A stretch of DNA of 64,000 nt from an uncultured delta proteobacterium. Lineage in GTDB: Bacteria > Desulfobacterota > Desulfobacteria > Desulfobacterales > Desulfosalsimonadaceae. The position numbers and the translations under genes are program-made. Each line of letters opens with the position of its first letter. Position 1 is the first letter of the stretch. The stretch covers positions 1 through 64,000 of the forward strand of contig CAWGYD010000011.1 of the NCBI GenBank assembly GCA_963826785.1. The letters run 5' to 3'. Positions 50,540 through 59,802 of this stretch are shown here, piece after piece. The notes beneath the pieces are model-generated. The model did no database searches, was not told the DNA's origin, and saw only the letters and a program-made list of their open reading frames with translations.

Positions 50540-51712
50540 TCAAGACCGGTAATCGGCATTGATTTTCACATAATCGATGGAAAAGTCGCAGGTCCAGCAG
50601 AAATAGGCTCCCTGCCCCTGTTTCAGATCGATGCGGATGGCAAACTCGGGGGTTTTGAGCACCCGGGTGGCTGCCGCTTCAGCCTCAGATCCCCGCCATC
50701 GGCCGTTTTCCACCAGATTGACTTCATTGAAGGCAATATCCACGGCATCCGGATCCATCTGCGCACCGGAGCGGCCCAGGGCGGCCATGATCCGGCCCCA
50801 GTTGGCGTCTTCTCCGAACAGGGCGGTCTTCACCAGACTGGAATGGGCCACGGTGTCGGCCGCCAGCCGGGCATCGGCATCCGATGCAGCGCCCGCCACC
50901 GAGATCTCCACCAGTTTGGTGGCCCCCTCTCCATCCTTGACCACCATCTTCGCCAGGGCCACCAGAACCTCATCGAGAACCGGCCGGAAAATCCCGATAG
51001 CGGCCGGCGTGTTAACGGTTGCGCCGGACATGCCGTTTGCCATGAGCAGCACGGTGTCGTTGGTGCTGGTGTCGCCGTCAATGGTGATCCGATTGAAGGA
51101 TTTATCCACGGCGGCGGCAAGGGCGGATTGCAGATCTTTTGCCGGCACTGCCGCGTCCGTCACAACGAAGCAAAGCATGGTGGCCATGTCCGGCCGGATC
51201 ATGCCGGCGCCCTTGGCAATTCCGGTGATAAAAAATGGTTTGCCGTTGATTTCCCCCTTGCCGGTCACCATTTTGGGGACCTTGTCGGTGGTCATGATGG
51301 CCGCTGCAAAATCCGGAAAACCGTCCGCTGACAGGGCTTGGGACAGGCCTGGACCCGCGGCTTGGATTTTCTCTATGGGAAAGGGCTGACCGATGACGCC
51401 CGTAGAGGCCACCAGCACCATGTCTTCAGGAATCTTCAGGTTTGATGCCGCAATGCCGGCCATTTGTACGGCGTCTTCCATCCCCTTGTCGCCCGTGCAG
51501 CAGTTGGCATTGCCGCTGTTGGCCACCACGGCCCGGCAGATACCGGATTTCACCCGCTGACGGTCCAGGAGCACCGGTGCGGCCTGGACCTTGTTTCGGG
51601 TGAACACGCCGGCCACGGAGGCAGGCACTTCCGAAACGATTGCGCCCAGGTCCTTTCCACCATTTTTCTTGATTCCCGCCGCGATTCCAGCCGCCTTGAA
51701 TCCCCTGACCAT
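50540..51712 (-). CDS. argJ: bifunctional ornithine acetyltransferase / N-acetylglutamate synthase
   Basis: NSGNAN, STGVIG, IMTTD, KGAGMIRPDMATML, DGDTSTND, DGEGATK, NADYRS. Confidence 0.97.
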   Translation of the reverse strand: MVRGFKAAGIAAGIKKNGGKDLGAIVSEVPASVAGVFTRNKVQAAPVLLDRQRVKSGICRAVVANSGNANCCTGDKGMEDAVQMAGIAASNLKIPEDMVLVASTGVIGQPFPIEKIQAAGPGLSQALSADGFPDFAAAIMTTDKVPKMVTGKGEINGKPFFITGIAKGAGMIRPDMATMLCFVVTDAAVPAKDLQSALAAAVDKSFNRITIDGDTSTNDTVLLMANGMSGATVNTPAAIGIFRPVLDEVLVALAKMVVKDGEGATKLVEISVAGAASDADARLAADTVAHSSLVKTALFGEDANWGRIMAALGRSGAQMDPDAVDIAFNEVNLVENGRWRGSEAEAAATRVLKTPEFAIRIDLKQGQGAYFCWTCDFSIDYVKINADYRS

Positions 51713-51870
51713 GTCTCCTCCACACGTTGAAGTTGTTTAAACCACACAGAAAGAAAACACTTATTGTGTTTCATAATAATTTTTGTCAACACATATCCGG
51801 AGGCTGCTGCCCAAAGGATAAAGATGATATCAAAATGGTAATACGTACTTTTTTTGAGTGAAAACAAAAA

Positions 51871-52662
51871 ATGCCCAATTTCATGCTCATTATCGAATAT
51901 GACGGCACCGCTTACCATGGGTGGCAATATCAGGCAAATGCGGCCACGATCCAGCAGACCCTGGAAGAGGCAATCGCGGTCATGACCCGGGAAACGGCCC
52001 GGGTGCACGGTTCGGGTCGGACCGATGCCGGGGTGCATGCCATAGGCCAGGTGGCCCATTTCCACACGCGTGCCCGCATTCCGCCGGAGGGTTTTAAGGC
52101 GGGATTAAACAGTCTGCTGCCCCATGATATCGTGATCCGGTCCTGCAGGCAGGTGGATGACAAATTCCACGCCCGCTTCGATGCCAGGGGAAAAACATAC
52201 CAGTACCGGATCCTCAACCAAAGCCTTCCCGCTGCCATCGGCCGGAATTATGTCTGGCAGATCAGGCGAGAACTCGATATCGCCGCCATGCAGGCGGCGG
52301 CCCGGCATATCATCGGCACCCATGATTTCAAATCTTTTGAAGGCAGCGGTTCTCCCCGGCACCATTGCATCCGGACGGTTTTCGATGCACGGATCGATGG
52401 CGGACAAAACGGGCTGATCACGTTTGACATCCGGGCAGATGGATTTTTGCGCTACATGGTGCGCAATCTGACCGGAACCCTGGTGGATGTCGGGCGCTGC
52501 GCCATCACACCGGACGATTTCGGTGATATCTTAGAAGCGCAGGACCGTCGCCGGGCCGGCGCCACCGCCCCACCCCAGGGCCTTTTCCTGGTGGAAGTAT
52601 TTTACGGGGAACAGGGGACCAGACCTTCAACGGCGCCTATTCCTCCTCGTTTCTCCCCTTGA
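51871..52662 (+). CDS. truA: tRNA pseudouridine(38-40) synthase
   Basis: YDGTAYHGWQ, GRTDAGVHA, FHARF, FLRYMVR, APPQGLFL. Confidence 0.96.
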   Translation: MPNFMLIIEYDGTAYHGWQYQANAATIQQTLEEAIAVMTRETARVHGSGRTDAGVHAIGQVAHFHTRARIPPEGFKAGLNSLLPHDIVIRSCRQVDDKFHARFDARGKTYQYRILNQSLPAAIGRNYVWQIRRELDIAAMQAAARHIIGTHDFKSFEGSGSPRHHCIRTVFDARIDGGQNGLITFDIRADGFLRYMVRNLTGTLVDVGRCAITPDDFGDILEAQDRRRAGATAPPQGLFLVEVFYGEQGTRPSTAPIPPRFSP

Positions 52663-54466
52663 GCCGCTGGATCTGGCGGTTGTAAAAAGCGATCACATCC
52701 CTGCGGTTGAGCATGCCCACCAGAATGCCGCGGTCCTTTTCCTGGACCACCGGCAGGCTGTCGATATTCTTGATGGTAAATTTCTGCAGCACCGAGTTCA
52801 AGTCCTCCGACAATGTGGTGGAGACCACATCGCTGGTGACGATATCCTTCATCACCACCAGATGCTCGATTTCCGGCGCAAACAAAACCCCCCGTACATC
52901 GGTGGAGGAAAAAATCCCGATCATCCGCCCGTTCTCGTCCACCACCGGAAAATAATGCTGCTTGGTCCTGGAAAAGAAAATCTTGAATTCCAGAAAGGGC
53001 ATGTCCTGGGGGATGGTTTCGACTTTCGCCACCAGATGCGCCAGGTCCTGGACTTTTATCATCTGAAGGACATCCACCATGAACTCGCCGGCATGGGCCG
53101 GCGAAGCCAGCCGGTTTTTCACCTGCTTGTCATAAATGGTCCACCGGTGGGAGACCATGTAGGCGATGGAGCAGACAAACAGGCTGGGCAGCAGAAGTTC
53201 ATAAGAATCGGTCATTTCGCTGACGAAAATGATCGTCGAGATGGGGGTGTTGGAAACCGAAGTGAAGAATCCGGCCATTCCCACGATCACGAACGTGGCG
53301 GGATGGGTGACCACGTTGGGCAGGAACTGATGGAAGATGCCGCCCACCGCTCCGCCCATGGATCCCCCGATCACCACCGAAGGGCCGAATACGCCGCCGG
53401 AGCCGCCCGAGCCGATGGAAAAGGAGGTGGTCAGGATTTTCCCCAGGGCCAGCATCAAAAGCGCGGTGATGGCCATTTCGCCATACAGCGCCTTTTGCGC
53501 CCACCCGTAGCCGAACGCCAGGGTGGTGGGGAGAAAAAACCCGATCATCCCGGTCAGCAAACCGCCAATGGCGGGTTTGATGTGATTCGGGATCTTCATG
53601 GAACGGAACAGGCCGGTCACGCCATAAAAAGTTTTGACATACACGAATCCCAGGCCGGAGAGCACCAGGGCCAGGATAATATACGGCCCCAATTCCATGG
53701 GGTTCATAAACCCGATTCCCGCAGGAGAGGCAAACAGGGAGCCCCAGCCGAACACCAGACAGAACAGACAGTACGCCACCACCGAGGAGATTCCGGCCGG
53801 GATGATGACCTCGGACTCGAATTCCGGGTCCCGGTACAATACCTCCGCGGCAAACAGCGCCCCGGCCAGGGGAGCACGGAAGATGCTGCCCACGCCGGCG
53901 CCCATGCCGGCCGCCATCATGATCCGGCGCTCCCGGTCGGACAGCTTGAGCCGGGTGGCCAGGAAAGAGCCGAAACCCGATCCGATCTGGGCGATGGGCC
54001 CTTCCCTCCCCCCTGAACCGCCGGTGGTCAGGGTCAGCGCCGAGGCGATGGTTTTGATAAAAGGGATCCGGCCACGCATGAAACCGCCGTTGCGGTGATA
54101 CGCATCGATGGCCGCATCGGTTCCGTGGCCTTCGGCTTCGGGGGCGAAGGTGTACACCAGCCATCCGCTGACCAGGCCGCCCAGGGCGGGCAGGAAAAGA
54201 AGCACCCAGCGGTTGAAGGGCGTGTTCGAAGATGGAAACAGGTGCTCCTCACCCACCGTCGCCGGCGGGGAATAACCGGCCAGCAGGTCCATGAATACAT
54301 ACAGACCCAGCTGGCACAAATACTGGAAAATGATGGATCCCAACCCGGCGATAACCCCGATCAGAACAAAAATGATGCTCCATTTCCCTGCCCGGGCGAT
54401 ATCGAGGGCCCGGAAATAGCGCATGAGGGCTTCATACAGGTTGCGTATACGGACGGGTCGGGGCAT
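52637..54466 (-). CDS. ClC chloride channel/antiporter with C-terminal CBS pair
   Basis: GHGTD, GSGGREGP, APLAGALFAAE, SGGVFGP; CBS domains. Exact start uncertain. Confidence 0.92.
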   Translation of the reverse strand: MPRPVRIRNLYEALMRYFRALDIARAGKWSIIFVLIGVIAGLGSIIFQYLCQLGLYVFMDLLAGYSPPATVGEEHLFPSSNTPFNRWVLLFLPALGGLVSGWLVYTFAPEAEGHGTDAAIDAYHRNGGFMRGRIPFIKTIASALTLTTGGSGGREGPIAQIGSGFGSFLATRLKLSDRERRIMMAAGMGAGVGSIFRAPLAGALFAAEVLYRDPEFESEVIIPAGISSVVAYCLFCLVFGWGSLFASPAGIGFMNPMELGPYIILALVLSGLGFVYVKTFYGVTGLFRSMKIPNHIKPAIGGLLTGMIGFFLPTTLAFGYGWAQKALYGEMAITALLMLALGKILTTSFSIGSGGSGGVFGPSVVIGGSMGGAVGGIFHQFLPNVVTHPATFVIVGMAGFFTSVSNTPISTIIFVSEMTDSYELLLPSLFVCSIAYMVSHRWTIYDKQVKNRLASPAHAGEFMVDVLQMIKVQDLAHLVAKVETIPQDMPFLEFKIFFSRTKQHYFPVVDENGRMIGIFSSTDVRGVLFAPEIEHLVVMKDIVTSDVVSTTLSEDLNSVLQKFTIKNIDSLPVVQEKDRGILVGMLNRRDVIAFYNRQIQRLKGRNEEE

Positions 54467-54468
54467 AA

Positions 54469-55782
54469 TCACCCTTCCTTCAGATCGTTTACCCCCTGAA
54501 GGACGATATCGAACAACTTTTTCACATCGGCTTCTTCCAGACAGGAAAATGCCACCCGGATATCGGTTTCCCCCAGCGCGATCAATCCGACCCCGTATTT
54601 ATCCAGCAGGTGCACGCGCAGTTTTTCCGCTTTTACCCCTTTCACCTTGATGCACATGAAATATCCGGAATTAAAAGGATATACATCCCATGCCGCCGAG
54701 TATTTCGGATCGGCCAGCACTTCCTTTACCTTTTTGGCCCTCGCTGCCATCACGTCATATTTCTGCTGTTTTTCCGCGAAAAACCCCTCGCTCTTCATGG
54801 ATGCCAGCACCAGGCTCTGACTCAGGTGGGCGCAATTGGAGATATTTCCGCGGATGCCGCCGGCGGTTTTTCGCTCCAGGGCATCCATGGCCCTGGCGGA
54901 ATCTGCTTCCATGGGGCACCCATAGGTGATGAAACCGATCCGCAGCCCCCAGACATAGTTCTCCTTGGTGGCGCCGTCGAGTTTCACGGCCAGCAGGCGG
55001 GGATGTTTGTCGCAGAGCCGGGCGAATATCGATTCTTTCAACACCTCGTCGCCGTAAAACAGCCCGAAGTAGGCGTCATCAGCCACCGCGATGACCCGGG
55101 TGCCGGATTCGGCCACATCCGTCAGTATCTCCACGATCCGATCGGCTTCTTTTTCGGTGAGGGTATATCCGGTGGGGTTATGGGGGAAATTGAGCAGCAC
55201 GATGATTTTATCGCGGGCTTCCGCCTCCTGCCGGACCCGGCTTTCAAACGCGGCCACGTCATAGCCGCCCTGTTCGGTGAAGATGTTGTAGTGCCGGATA
55301 TCGGCCTTTTTCCGCACCGAAAGGATCATGTTGTAATTGCCCCAGAACATGTCCGGCAGAATCACCACATCGCCCGGGTCCACCCACACGTCGGCAAACA
55401 CGCTGATGCCGTGGGTAATCCCGTTGGTGACCACCGGCAGGCTGATCGTTTTACCGGCAAGGGACGGGTTTTTCGCATATATGGATTCCCGCCAGATTTT
55501 GCGCAGCCCGGGAATACCGAATGAAGGGGCATAGGTCAGGGATTCTTCGGCTGTCAGGCCGGTCAGGTGCGTCATGATGGACGGCAGCACCATGGCGCAG
55601 CCGCCCTCTTTGGCGATGCCGATGGTGGCGTTGATCAGATGCGCTTTTTCCTTGGCTTCGGCACTCTGTGCCAGAATACCTTTAGGAAAAAACAGGTTCT
55701 TCCCGATATCCGACAGCATGGACATCAGGTGTGGGTTGGCCTTTTCGATGACCTCATTGAGCTCTTTTGCTAAAACATTCAT
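54469..55782 (-). CDS. class I/II PLP aminotransferase
   Basis: NATIG, WGNY, NFPHNPTGY, DDAYFG, DGATK...GLRIG. Confidence 0.9.
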   Translation of the reverse strand: MNVLAKELNEVIEKANPHLMSMLSDIGKNLFFPKGILAQSAEAKEKAHLINATIGIAKEGGCAMVLPSIMTHLTGLTAEESLTYAPSFGIPGLRKIWRESIYAKNPSLAGKTISLPVVTNGITHGISVFADVWVDPGDVVILPDMFWGNYNMILSVRKKADIRHYNIFTEQGGYDVAAFESRVRQEAEARDKIIVLLNFPHNPTGYTLTEKEADRIVEILTDVAESGTRVIAVADDAYFGLFYGDEVLKESIFARLCDKHPRLLAVKLDGATKENYVWGLRIGFITYGCPMEADSARAMDALERKTAGGIRGNISNCAHLSQSLVLASMKSEGFFAEKQQKYDVMAARAKKVKEVLADPKYSAAWDVYPFNSGYFMCIKVKGVKAEKLRVHLLDKYGVGLIALGETDIRVAFSCLEEADVKKLFDIVLQGVNDLKEG

Positions 55783-55981
55783 GCCGCACCTTTGATTTTG
55801 AGAGAATTAACCGGAAAAATTTACCCTGGACCGATGACATCCGCGCTCGATTTGATACAAATTTTCTTCATACCGTGATTTCGAAAAAATTGTCAAGCTG
55901 AAAACAATTGGTGAATACTTTTTAAATCAAGTCCTTAAATGCTCAAAACGTAATGTGATACGGAAAAATCAAAAAGATATA

Positions 55982-56117
55982 CCCTCGGCATTACCTGCTT
56001 TATCCCGGCTTTTCCGGGCTGGGTTGAAGAGCGTTGCATCTTCATGGATTTAACTTTGGCGTCCCTCCCCGTCAGAAAAGTCAACGCCCTTGTGCGCAGT
56101 CTTTCGTCCCGGGGACT
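55982..56117 (-). ncRNA. candidate structured RNA, GEMM/c-di-GMP-I-like variant
   Basis: Minus strand: CGCACAAGGGC ... GGGACGCCAAAG ... AGC ... TGCCGA in GEMM order with several hairpins; TTGCCT-17-TATAAA just upstream. Confidence 0.42.
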
Positions 56118-56256
56118 TTATAAATTAATTTGAAAATTCAGGCAAACAGTACTATGTGTGCACCGTATCGCAAACTCAGCAAAGACGCTCCAGATTCTGA
56201 AATATCTGTCGATTGATAATAAATCACCCGCATGTGACCGTGGAGATGATTGAATC

Positions 56257-57498
56257 GTGCCCAAAACAATGATCATCATCGTCTGTATGCTCACTTTTCT
56301 GCTCCCCTTGTCGAGCAGCCTCGTTCCGCACGCCGGAAGCGTTTTCCTGGCCGCTCTGGCGGGGCTTGGGATTTACGCATGGCTGACCCGGAAGACATCT
56401 CCTGCCTTTGATGCCGGCGAAAGACGGGTGTTGTGGGCATTTGCCCTCTATTTTGCCGTCTGTTTTCTGTTATATCTGCTCCACGGTTTCATCAGGGGAC
56501 ATGAGAACTTCAGATGGGATCTGGACCCCGAGGTCCGCATGCTGGCCTTCATACCGATTTATTACCTGTTTTACCGAACCGGGCTGAAATTCTGGATCCT
56601 GTGGTACGGTGCCGCCATCGCATCCATCATATTCGGTCTGTTTGCGGTACTTTCCGTTTATGGATGGTCCGGGGGCTTCCCTGAGCCGGATGCCCTTTAC
56701 TCCGCCGCCTTCGGACCGATATCCGTCATATCCGCTTTTATCGCCCTGTCCGGATTTACTTATTTCCACAAGAAGCATCCCGCACTGATCCTTCTGCCGG
56801 TGCTGGCATTTCCCGCCGGCATCGTTGCCGCAAGCGCATCTTTATCCGGAACTGCGATTGTCGCCATTCCCTTCCTGTCGTTTATCTTTTTTTTACAGCT
56901 GGGAAGAACCCTGCGTCCCTGGCGGAACCGGATCATCTTCATCATGGCCATGGCGCTGCTGTACACCGGGTGCTTCCACCTGCCGGGCTCAAAACTGGAG
57001 GGGCGGATACAAGCGCGGATCGTTAAAACCGAAAGACTTTTTTCAGCGACAGGCCCCGATTTTGCATTAAGGTTGAGTTTGTGGAAAGAAGGGTGGAAAT
57101 TGTTTATTCAGCATCCCCTGCTGGGGGCCGGCAAAAAGGGGTATGAACATGAAATGGCCCGGAAGGCCGATTTGAAACAAATTGCCCCGGAAATGAAACG
57201 ATTCGATTCGCCGCAGAACATGTATCTGACCCAGATGGCCGCTTACGGCGTCACCGGCCTTTTCGCCCTGCTGGCCATTTTGTTTACCCCCTGCTGGATT
57301 CTGCTTCCCGGGGCCCGGCTTCGGGGGCCCGCAGGGGATTTCGCCTATGCCGGCATCATGCTGGTGATGGGTTGCATGATATCGGCTGCGGTCGAGACCG
57401 TCTTTTATAGAAACGCATTTACCAGTTTTTATATTGTCCTGCTGGCCGCCATTCTCTTTTTGACCACCTGTGGCAAGGAACATGCGGCACCCGAATAA
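56257..57498 (+). CDS. O-antigen ligase (WaaL/Wzy_C) family protein, paralogue 1
   Basis: Multi-TM; LRLSLW, HPLLGAG, PQNMYL...YG. Confidence 0.85.
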   Translation: MPKTMIIIVCMLTFLLPLSSSLVPHAGSVFLAALAGLGIYAWLTRKTSPAFDAGERRVLWAFALYFAVCFLLYLLHGFIRGHENFRWDLDPEVRMLAFIPIYYLFYRTGLKFWILWYGAAIASIIFGLFAVLSVYGWSGGFPEPDALYSAAFGPISVISAFIALSGFTYFHKKHPALILLPVLAFPAGIVAASASLSGTAIVAIPFLSFIFFLQLGRTLRPWRNRIIFIMAMALLYTGCFHLPGSKLEGRIQARIVKTERLFSATGPDFALRLSLWKEGWKLFIQHPLLGAGKKGYEHEMARKADLKQIAPEMKRFDSPQNMYLTQMAAYGVTGLFALLAILFTPCWILLPGARLRGPAGDFAYAGIMLVMGCMISAAVETVFYRNAFTSFYIVLLAAILFLTTCGKEHAAPE

Positions 57499-57561
57499 AT
57501 CAGGCAAACGGCAAGGCTTTTTGCTTAACAGCTGAAATCTTGAATTTAACCGCGGACTCCT

Positions 57562-58830
57562 ATGATGAATGCACTTCAACTGATCGTAAACGGCATTTTC
57601 CTGCTGATACCGGCAATGACCAACCTGGTGGAACACGCCGGTTCCAGCCTTATGACCCTGCTGATCCTTTTGGGGACTATCCTGTTTTTTAAATCCGGCC
57701 GGGTTTCTTTAAGCCGCCAGGAGAAAGGGGTCATGGGTGTCTTCGCCGGGTTTTTCCTGATCTGTGTCGTCATGCATTTCGGGCATATCCTTGTTAAAGG
57801 GGAACCCCTGGCGTGGAAACTCGATCATGAAATGCGATTGCTGGCTTTTATTCCGATCTATTACCTTTTTGTACAGATCAAATTAAAGCCATGGGTACTG
57901 TGGATTGCGCTTCTTTCGGGATCGATATTGACGGGGGCCTATGCACTAAACGATGCGTGGGCGGCATACGCGGCCGGCAGAGTGGTGGGCCCGTACAATC
58001 CTTGTATTTTCGGCTATCTTTCGGTGGGACTTTCCTTCATGAGCATATCCGGGTATTATTTCTTTTACCGGAAAAAAAAAGCCTTTGTTCTGTTTCCGAT
58101 GGCCGCTTTTGCAGGCGGCCTTCTGGCGGCATTCCTGTCGGGTACCCGGGGGTCCATCATTACCATTCCATTTCTCACGCTGCTGTTTCTGATCCAGTTG
58201 AAGCGTCACCTGAAGGAATCCAACGCCAGAATCATCATGGCTTCCATGGCGGGTGTTTTTATCATCCTTCTGCTCTTGTACCCCCACTCCAGCCTGTCAA
58301 AGCGTTTTGATCGGGGTGTCCGGGAAGCCCGGTTTTTTTTCCAGAACCAGGATTGTGCCGATTGCTTTGCAACGGATCAGGCGCACCATCTGCGCATGTG
58401 GAAGGAATCGCTGCGGATCATCAAAGCCCATCCGATTGTAGGGGTGGGAACGGCCGGTTATCGGACCATTGTTAACGACAGGATCGCCCGAAAAGTCATT
58501 GCGCCCGGAATCGAGATATTTCAAAGCCCGCACAACATGTATCTGACCACCATGACCGCCTACGGCATTCCGGGCCTGCTGGGCCTGCTGGCCCTGTATA
58601 TGTACCCCATGGCTGTTTTCGCCGGTGTAATCAAAAAGAATCGGGGAAATGACGTTATCACCGATATCGCCTTCTGCGGTCTTTTTCTCATTGCCGGATA
58701 TATGCTGTTTTCTATGACGGGCACGCTGTTCAACCGCAATATGCTGATTGCGTTTTACATCATCATGAATGCGGCGATCCTTTCCATTTGCCGGCCGTAC
58801 CTGCAGCCGTCAGAAGCCATAGCCGAATAA
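57562..58830 (+). CDS. O-antigen ligase (WaaL/Wzy_C) family protein, paralogue 2
   Basis: Multi-TM; NPCIFG, SGTRG, HPIVGVG, PHNMYL...YGIPG. Confidence 0.88.
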   Translation: MMNALQLIVNGIFLLIPAMTNLVEHAGSSLMTLLILLGTILFFKSGRVSLSRQEKGVMGVFAGFFLICVVMHFGHILVKGEPLAWKLDHEMRLLAFIPIYYLFVQIKLKPWVLWIALLSGSILTGAYALNDAWAAYAAGRVVGPYNPCIFGYLSVGLSFMSISGYYFFYRKKKAFVLFPMAAFAGGLLAAFLSGTRGSIITIPFLTLLFLIQLKRHLKESNARIIMASMAGVFIILLLLYPHSSLSKRFDRGVREARFFFQNQDCADCFATDQAHHLRMWKESLRIIKAHPIVGVGTAGYRTIVNDRIARKVIAPGIEIFQSPHNMYLTTMTAYGIPGLLGLLALYMYPMAVFAGVIKKNRGNDVITDIAFCGLFLIAGYMLFSMTGTLFNRNMLIAFYIIMNAAILSICRPYLQPSEAIAE

Positions 58831-59503
58831 TTCAATCTCCCGGGAAAAAATCTGCTCAATTTTTTTTCGCTCCCGCAGGCTCAGGATGTCGCGGTAATGC
58901 CGCCGGTCTTTGCGAAAAGCGGTCTTTGCCCTGGGCAGGACCACTTCCTGTCCAAAACCCAGCCGGGTGCCGATGCGGTTCAGTTCCGCCCAGCATGTCT
59001 TCATAGCGGCAGACCCTGTCGACGACGATTTTTTCATCGATGGTGTACAGATGATAACCGTATTTCTTGAGCATCAGGACTTCACCGGAATCGATGAACT
59101 CGGAAATGGAGCGCTTCGGTCCTTTTTTGGTGCGCCAGTAATAAAAGGAAATGACCCGGTCGAAAGGATTGCGTTCAAAACAGAATTTATAGTAGCTTTT
59201 CCAGCATTCTTCGCCGACTCGGGTTCTGATTTCCGCGGCCGGCATATGGTGGTAAAATTTCAGCTTCGGTTTTCTTCTCACCAGTAATTTATAGATATCC
59301 TTGAACCGGTAATCCAAAAATTTTGCATAACAGTTCCGGGGCCGCGGATACCCCATGGCATTTCGGATCTCTTCGTCCGCCGGATCATTGGGCGTGATGA
59401 TCCCCTCATTTCCGCAAAACCGGGACAGCCCGATTTCGATGCTCGTTCCGGCGGTCTTGTTGGTTTTGATGAAAATGAATTTATGTTTGTGCGACAGCAG
59501 CAT
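58810..59503 (-). CDS. sulfotransferase family 2 protein, one-base insertion at 58989-58991
   Basis: KFIFIKTNKTAGTSI (5'-PAPS loop), RNPFDRVISFY (3'-PB), RYED; next frame ... EIELFGYGF. Confidence 0.85.
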
Positions 59504-59802
59504 GGTCAGGGTTTTCTGCAAGCCATTGTGATTCCCATGTTCACTTTTCAAATAACGTCATTAAATCCGTCTATTGCAAATAAATCCCCTTTTTAGCGGT
59601 TTTGGCGCCCAAGTTCAACAGTATTTCCGCTTATGGGTCGAAGATCGCCTCTTTAACGAGCGGACATAGTCATTGAAAACCCGCAGCGCATATGATACGG
59701 CCTCTTGCGTGGTCCTGAAAAGAATTGCCGCCGAATCATGTTGCCCGATCGGCGTTCACACAAGGACAATTTATCCACCAAATGCCGGATATGTGAGCCC
59801 AG

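Noticed and set aside
55783..55980. Fluoride riboswitch / CLC-F exporter
   Set aside because: No GGnGAUG...CUGAUG motif is present, and the ClC has GREGP rather than CLC-F-type signatures.
56030..56072. SAM-I riboswitch (GGAGGGAC...ATGAA...GCAAC on the minus strand)
   Set aside because: It lacks the AUCxAGAG 5' segment and the GGUGCYAA/P4 elements.
56095..56125. Hammerhead ribozyme (minus strand GTCC-CCG-GGAC-GAAA)
   Set aside because: The required CUGANGA core is absent upstream of the stem.
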